From positions 1,259,989 through 1,323,988 of the forward strand of contig KV454014.1 in the NCBI GenBank assembly GCA_001661245.1: DNA of 64,000 nucleotides, given 5' to 3'. Made by a program: the position numbers and the translations under genes. The notes under the pieces are model-generated. The model was not told the origin of the DNA, searched no databases, and saw nothing but the letters and a program-made list of their open reading frames with translations. The stretch's first letter is position 1, and each line of letters begins with the position of its first letter. Of this stretch, positions 57,255-64,000 are shown piece after piece. This DNA comes from Pachysolen tannophilus NRRL Y-2460. Lineage: Eukaryota.

Positions 57255-60200
57255 TTAACTACCAATTTCGACATCAGAACCTAAGAAATGTAGAAAATCG
57301 TAGTCAGATATTTCTGCATTCATTTGCTCTGTTAAACTCTTAGGATTATCAGGATTTTTCATTTCCTGAATAATATTCTCTTGTACATTAGAAGAAAAAA
57401 TGTCTAAATGATTTTCTGTTATTTGATTGAAATCGTTATTTATTGTTTCATCAACAAATAAGTGATTTGGAATTAAGCTCTTCGGATGTTCTGTTACCAA
57501 GATTCTGTCTTCTTTGGATAAATCTTGAGTGCTAGGCGAAGTAACTGAATTCATGTCATTAGAGTTTTTGGAATTCTTGAAACTATCATTTGAAAAAAGA
57601 GTAAAATTAGAAGTGTTTTGTCTTTGGTTGATATTAGTTGATGTATCACTATTTGAAGAGTCGATATTGAAAACTCTTTTATTTTTATTCTTCAACATTG
57701 AACTAATATCGCTTTTAATGTTATTGTTTTTGCCTATATTGAGTGAATTTTTCTTTAACAGTAAATCTAAAGCTGTATCGAATTCAAACCCTTCACCAGC
57801 AACATCTTCAACTTCAAAAATCTCTTGTCTAAACCCAAAATTAGTGTCTTTTCTTAATTTTTTAGTTTTTTGTTTCTCTTTGGTAAATCCACTTGGACTG
57901 CAATTTTGAAATTTCGGAATTTTCGAATCGATGCCACTTTTTTCGTGTAGAACTTTATGAGAGTTATCATTTTTGTTAAGATCTTGCTTTTCTTGGAGTA
58001 AAGCAGGTTCAAAGGTTTTAGAAAATTGTTCCAAAGGAACTAATAGCTTCTCATCAAAGTTCTTTGCAAGGTTCGTAGTTTCCCCATTTTCCAATTGAAA
58101 AGTTTCTTTGCAGCAAAGATGACGACAACCATTTTTATCTTTGCAAGAATGATTACATTTCCCTTGGTGTGGGTTTTTAACCAACCCTTGTTTACAGCAT
58201 AAATGCCTACAGTGCTGCTTGTCTCTACACAAGTGATTACATTCGTATTTTCCGTCGGCTCTCAATTGATGTTTTTGTTGGTGCCTATGCATCTGGGAAA
58301 ATTCTGATTCAGTTACATTAGTTATTTTCTGTTTTTTTTTGGTAGCATTCACTAACAATTTGTCAAGCTCGTCGTCGTCGTCATCATCATCGTCATCATC
58401 GTCATCACATTTATCTTTTTCCTCTTTTTGTTTCTCTTCATGATGAAGCTCATTTTTATTATTCTCTAAATCCTCAAATATTAAGTTGTGAGAGACTTCT
58501 GTAATATTTTGATGTACCTCTTCTGCATTTTGGACAATTAATTTCTGAAATTTCCATCCTGGAATACTCGACAAATCTAACTGAGCTATGCTTTTAATCC
58601 CAGCAATTTCCGAACAAAATGCATAACATCTGAGATTTTGATTTTTTGATCTTAAATTCACTGTAAGATTATATGATTTGGAATTTTGAATCTTACTTAA
58701 TGGGATTCTACGGAAGTCAATTAATTCCATATTATCAACCACTACCACAATGTCGGCTACTAACATTTTACTATGCCAAGTTGAAATTGAATTTACAACT
58801 TTTACTTCTACACTAAGAGTAGTTTGGACAAATTGAAAATCTTTAGAAAGAGTGTCATTAAGAAATTTCAGTTGAATATCTAATTTCGGAATTTTTTCTA
58901 AGTCCTTTTTGATTTTACTACCGTTCCCCGGTTTCATTCCTAAGTAATATTCAATCTGACTGCGTTCCAATAAGCTAGCTGCTTGTAAAGAACAAACGTC
59001 ATTGTTAGCAAACTTTCGAACATAGGCTAGACCTATTCCTTCTAGTTGTCTTAAAGACATCGCTGTGTCTTCCCAACATTTTCCGTTAATGCATCTCCCT
59101 AATTTTAGTGCGGCTAGTAAAGACCCTGCATCTTTTTTTTCCGAAAATACATCGATCATGCATCTAATAATTCTAGGTGCTTGCTTAAATATATATGTTT
59201 TATCAGAAACAAAATTAGAATGTAGTTTAATTGATCCGTTATAGTTTGGAAACTCAAGTCCACCTAATTCATACTGAATTAATAGAAATATTTTTGAATG
59301 TGTTTCTCTGACATCTTTTGATTTCAAAGGGTATTTTAAGATCGGAGAAGCATTAATTTCCTTAAACAATCTTTTCTCTTGGTGCTTTAGTCTTATTTCC
59401 TTGAACTCTGAAGACAAACTAAACAGGTCAAGAATTTGACGAAAACCTTGATTTGGAGGATTACGCAAAAAAGTTTTCATGGTTTCAAATAAAATGTAGT
59501 GTTTCGACATTGAATCGCCAAACTCTGTGCTACCGTAACTATTTTCATTTTCGGAAATAATCTTGTAACTCAATAACTCTTGTAATTTCTGTCTGCAAAA
59601 ATTTGTTAACCTCAGATCTAAATTTAAGTTTCCGTTTCTTAATTCTTTGATTTCAGAGTATGCCAAGGGATTTATCTTGAATCTTGAATAAAAGAACGTT
59701 GATTTTAACCAATCTACAGCAGATTCCACAGAAGTTACAGTATGTAACGATACTTCTGCAGCTAAATGTTCAATAAAATTAAGATGTAAGCAACTTTCCA
59801 ACTTTTCACTTCCTTTTATTAATCTCTCATAATTTTCTTTTTCTCCAGAATATGTCATAATAACTGCACAACCTTCAGTTTCAAATTGTGGTCTTCCTGC
59901 CCTACCAATCATTTGTAGAATATCCAATTCTGAGTACTCTTTCAACTCACCTTCTACCCAAGCTTTTGTTCCTTTGACAACTACCAAATAGGCTGGCAAA
60001 TTAACTCCAACTGAAAGAGTAGATGTAGAACATAAAACTTTGACAGCACCATTTAGAAAATTTTTCTCAACAGCCTGTCTATCTTCATATGATAATCCTG
60101 CATGGTGAAAGGCAACTCCATTACTTAACATTTTAGTTAAATCTCTATCTTTGATAGAATTTGCACCGGCTCTATTAAAATCTGAAAAAATACCTTGAAG

Positions 60201-61624
60201 GTTCTCATGCAAATATTTTGCTGTTGAAATAGAAATGGATCTTGTTGCGCAAAATATTAAAACAGGTTTTCCCAGGCTGTGATTATGCAATACTTCAATG
60301 AGTTTAGAGTTTAAGAAAGTATCAAACTGGAAATCATTATTTGAGGTCATGTTATATCCATAGACAATGCGATTCAATTTTACAGCTCTATATTCTTCTC
60401 CAAATGTCAAAGTATTTGCTGGTAATTGACTTTGAGAACTTAATCTTAACCAGTTTGATATATCTTCAATATTTGGGACTGTAGCAGACAAAGCAATAAT
60501 TCTTAAAGAGTTACACATTCGATTCATTCTAGTTGTCACAGCTTCCAAAGTGGAGCCTCTTTTATTTCTTAAAACATGAACTTCATCAATCAATAATAGT
60601 TTAACTAATTCAAACAATTTGCTATAGTCTGACCATCTTCTTGTCAACAAATCCCATTTTTCAGGTGTACAAATGATAATATCTGATTTTCTCACTTTAT
60701 CGGCTTCCATGAAAGAAGTGTCACTTGTTAATAGTCCAACACTAATATTCATAACGTTAAATTTTTTTGACCAATCATGATATCTTTCAGTACATAAAGC
60801 TTTTGTTGGTGCCATATATAAGATTTTGTAATTACTGAAATTGACACTATTTTTATTATTCAAATGTAATCTGATAATAGCTAATTCAAATAAAACTGTC
60901 TTTCCGGAACCTGTTGGAGCACTAATAACACAATTACCATCATTTTCAAAAACTGAATTGAAAGATTTTGATTGCATTGCATTAAAAAATTCAAATTTGA
61001 AAAGACTTCTTATCTTATCTGGTAGTATATTAATTGAGATATTATGTGATGATAACTGATTTTGAGTTTGGACTTGTTGAAAATAAGGATTATTCTTATA
61101 TCTATTTTGAAGACTAAATTGAGAATAAAGATTTTCCTTGCCTTCATATTGCTCTGAATAATTTAGTTCTATTTCTTGTTGGTCTTGAGCAAGAATATCA
61201 TTTTTTTTTGGTATAGTAAAATTAGGTGGAGCTGCAATGTGTCTTCTATCGTCAAATGAAGATGCAACAATTTTAGGTCTCTTTGGGGGCGGGGGTATTC
61301 CAACTCTATTTTCAACGTTTCTCAAAGACCCATAGTTAAACTGTTCAAACCCATTTATAGATGAACCTCTTTTGGTTGGCGTTTGATAATATTCATCATT
61401 AAATACTATTCCAGTCCTATCTAAGGACAGCCTTCTAAAATTCGAGTCAACAAATGGATCATCTGCAGCAGAAAAAAAAAAATTAAATATATATATATAT
61501 ATATTTGTTTAGTAAGCACATCTTATTAATCTTTAACTATGAAATAAAAATCTAAAACAATAAGGTAATAACTACTTTCTTCTGATTCAATAAAGCGGTT
61601 AAGGTCATTTAAAAAAGAACCCAT
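57255..61624 (-). CDS. MER3: Meiotic DExH helicase Mer3/Hfm1, two exons (61624-61576; 61462-57255)
   Basis: APTGSGKT, TPEKWD, DEVH, LSAT, HHAGL, QMIGRAGRPQF, Sec63 domain, and duplicated C-terminal CxHxCxDKxxCRHLCCK motif. The frame is open from 61460 to the ORF-track TTG. A predicted 113-nt intron joins ATG 61624 in frame. Confidence 0.93.
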
Positions 61625-62261
61625 ATCCCATACAGCTGCTCTTATATCGTAAAAAAAAATTTAAAACTGATTTATCAACACAACAAATGCTCTTACTTCT
61701 CTTTCAATTATAGTTATATATAGATAAAAAAGACACTTTGGACTACACCTTGATCTTTAAAAAGAAAATGGCGCTCATGCTACAACATTTCAAATGTTGT
61801 ACTTTCCCAAAAAGGAAAATTTTTTGGGTTTTTCTTTCTTGGTATTTAAAATAAAAGTAGTGCACAAAAAGTACAATTACAGTTGGGAAAGTTTCTTAGT
61901 TTCTAGCTGAGGAAGAGCGTTTTTATAATATGTTTTATAATTATACAACATTTAAGATTAACAGCCAATATATCAATTTGATAGTTATAGACGGAGTATT
62001 AGAGGGCTAATTATTATTGAAGTGAGTATTATAAGTGAAGGGAGGTTTTTTTTTTATATATTCAAGTGGTACGAAAAAAAAAAGTTTTTATAGAAAAGAA
62101 GAAAAATTAGTTTCAGCGCTTAATTGATAGGTTAGAGAATCAAGTTTTTTTCTTTTTTTAATTCTTTTTTTTTTTTTTTTTTGATTGCTTGATTGATTGT
62201 TTGATTGATTGATGGTTCAGGAATTGGTGGTGATTAAGGAGTAGACGTATATATAAGGATA

Positions 62262-64000
62262 ATGTCTGTTCAGCCGCAGACCGAAACACAGATATCTTTT
62301 GTTCAAGCATCATATGATTCCGATTCTGAGATGAATTTGGATGATCAGATAACAATGACTGCTAATGGTGATGGGAATCAGAATGAGTCTGTTGAAAAAG
62401 AATTGATTATGGATCTTGATGAAGATGAGAAGGGCGATGAGGATGAAGAAATCCTAGACATTGAAGAAGTTAAAGACCAAGAAGATGAAGCTTTGTCTGA
62501 TATTTCTTCTATGACTCAAAGTAATAGCTACCACGAAGAAATTAGCGAGAATGAGGAGAATTATGATACAAGTAAAGATAACGATGAAGAGTTATTGGAT
62601 TTTGTTGAAGAAGTACCAGGTGACCAATCGGTAGAAGCGAAAGAAGAAAATCAACAGGAAGGTCAATTAATTGATAATGATAAGAATCAAGAAGAAAAAA
62701 TAACCGATACAATATCAGAAATTCAGACAAGTAATCCAAATCCAAATCTAGAATTGAATAAAGATGAGGCACAAAATGAACTGAATTCTGAATTCGGCCA
62801 ATTAGAGGGAGACGACCAGAATAATGAAGTTTCAAAAGAGTTGGATGATATAACGGAAAATCAAGTAAAAATGGGGAGTAATAGCATGCATCGAGACCCA
62901 GAATTTGAAAATCTGAGTGTAAACGAAGAGACTTCACAAACTCAAGAAGATTATAGTAATAACGAAAAAGAGAATGCTAGTGCCACAGATGATGAGATTT
63001 ACAACGAACAACTCGAAACTGAGGATAAAATAGAAAACAAGAACAAAAATGATAGACTGGGTGAGAATGATGATTCTGAAAAAGTTTTGAACAAGAATGA
63101 AAATGACAATGACCATGACAACGTACATGAGGACGAACACGAGGATGAACATGAGAACGTGCATGAGGGAGAATACGAAGAAAGACACGAAGATAACCAG
63201 CAGGATAATCATGAAGACGACCATGAAGACGACCATGAAGACGAATATGAGGTCAAAGAAGATGTGGAAAATGAGGAGGAGCACGATATTGAAGAGAAGA
63301 ATAGAGATGACCACGAAGGTGACCACGAAGACAGACTTGAGGTCGACCATGAGGTGGAAAATCAAGAGGAGCAAGATAATGAAGAGAAGAATAGAGATGA
63401 CCACGAAGGTGACCACGAAGACAGACTTGAGGTCGACCATGAGGTGGAAAATCAAGAGGAGCAAGATAATGAAGAGAAGAATAGAGATGACCACGAAGGT
63501 GACCACGAAGACGGACATGAGGTCGAACATGAGGTTGAAAATAAGGAGGAGCACGATATTGAAGAGAAGAATGGAGTCACGAGTGAACATGAAAGGGATG
63601 AAATACAGAAAGAGAATTTTGATGATAATAATCTGAACGTATCGCGAGAATCTGTAATAACTGAATTGGAAAAAAGCGAAGAAAAAAAACGAGAGGTGAC
63701 TGAAAACAAGGAGTACAATACTTCCGATTCCACTGTGGCTTCTATTGAAAATGAGATAGTTGACGAAGTGATAGATGATATTTTCAATAAAGGGGACTTG
63801 CCTTTAATTTTGGAAACTGAAACTAGCAGATGTCTCTTAATACAACCACCAGAATATTTTAACAAGGATGAGTTGACTTTACCTGTTCTTTATCAGGACA
63901 AGACAATTGCGGGTAAAACATTAGAAGCCATATTTAATTTGATAAGAGCTACTGAAGAAGTTTCTGGCGAATTTGAAACTGATAAGGAATTGGTATTAAC
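62262..64000 (+). CDS. RMR1: Highly acidic protein, Rmr1-like, runs off the window end
   Basis: Open frame from ATG 62262 to the window end (absent from the ORF track because no stop is reached). D/E-rich, ending 'LPLILET...LLIQP...KTLEAIFNLIR...FETDKELVL'. Divergent from MER3 as RMR1/HFM1 are in S. cerevisiae. Confidence 0.65.
   Translation, partial: MSVQPQTETQISFVQASYDSDSEMNLDDQITMTANGDGNQNESVEKELIMDLDEDEKGDEDEEILDIEEVKDQEDEALSDISSMTQSNSYHEEISENEENYDTSKDNDEELLDFVEEVPGDQSVEAKEENQQEGQLIDNDKNQEEKITDTISEIQTSNPNPNLELNKDEAQNELNSEFGQLEGDDQNNEVSKELDDITENQVKMGSNSMHRDPEFENLSVNEETSQTQEDYSNNEKENASATDDEIYNEQLETEDKIENKNKNDRLGENDDSEKVLNKNENDNDHDNVHEDEHEDEHENVHEGEYEERHEDNQQDNHEDDHEDDHEDEYEVKEDVENEEEHDIEEKNRDDHEGDHEDRLEVDHEVENQEEQDNEEKNRDDHEGDHEDRLEVDHEVENQEEQDNEEKNRDDHEGDHEDGHEVEHEVENKEEHDIEEKNGVTSEHERDEIQKENFDDNNLNVSRESVITELEKSEEKKREVTENKEYNTSDSTVASIENEIVDEVIDDIFNKGDLPLILETETSRCLLIQPPEYFNKDELTLPVLYQDKTIAGKTLEAIFNLIRATEEVSGEFETDKELVL
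63211..63570 (+). repeat. 90-bp (30-aa) coding tandem repeat, about 4 copies, His/Asp/Glu-rich
   Basis: Units starting at 63301 and 63391 are identical; 63481 and 63211 are diverged. Unit: NRDDHEGDHEDRLEVDHEVENQEEQDNEEK. Confidence 0.92.

Noticed and set aside
62934..63636. 218-aa minus-strand and 179-aa plus-strand repetitive ORFs
   Set aside because: Shadow frames of the acidic 90-bp repeat in the Rmr1-like gene.

Overview
AT-rich budding-yeast (Saccharomycotina) chromosomal window with about 23 protein-coding genes. In order: a Zn2Cys6 transcription factor, LTE1, a split MSB2, a spliced orphan (possibly SPO16-like), PHO81, TDA5-like SDR, SPC2, MAG2, a KilA-N/Myb protein, TAF12, MDM12, an ANP1-family GT, EBP2, SNU114, an MNN2-like GT, PPT1-like, UTP30, YUR1/KTR2, RPB4, YAK1, TIM17, an ACT-family permease, a second MNN2-like GT, MER3 and RMR1-like. 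There are two assembly gaps. CTG codons fall at positions where Ala is expected, which points to a CUG-Ala clade yeast such as Pachysolen (inferred, not proven). The main finding is that the signalling-mucin gene MSB2 is split. Its promoter, ATG, signal peptide and first 127 codons lie on a 934-bp segment (13399-14332) that faces away from the gene body. That segment is flanked by inverted, diverged, in-frame copies of the Ser-rich mucin repeat. Inversion between the copies would rebuild a ~1348-aa Msb2, so this is a candidate flip/flop phase-variation switch; misassembly or a fixed inversion must be excluded. Other findings are a MER3 intron with a non-canonical GTAGTT donor, a spliced gene missed by the ORF track, an unusual double KilA-N plus Myb protein, and recurrent promoter motifs. 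Homolog comparisons come from recalled family knowledge, not database searches.
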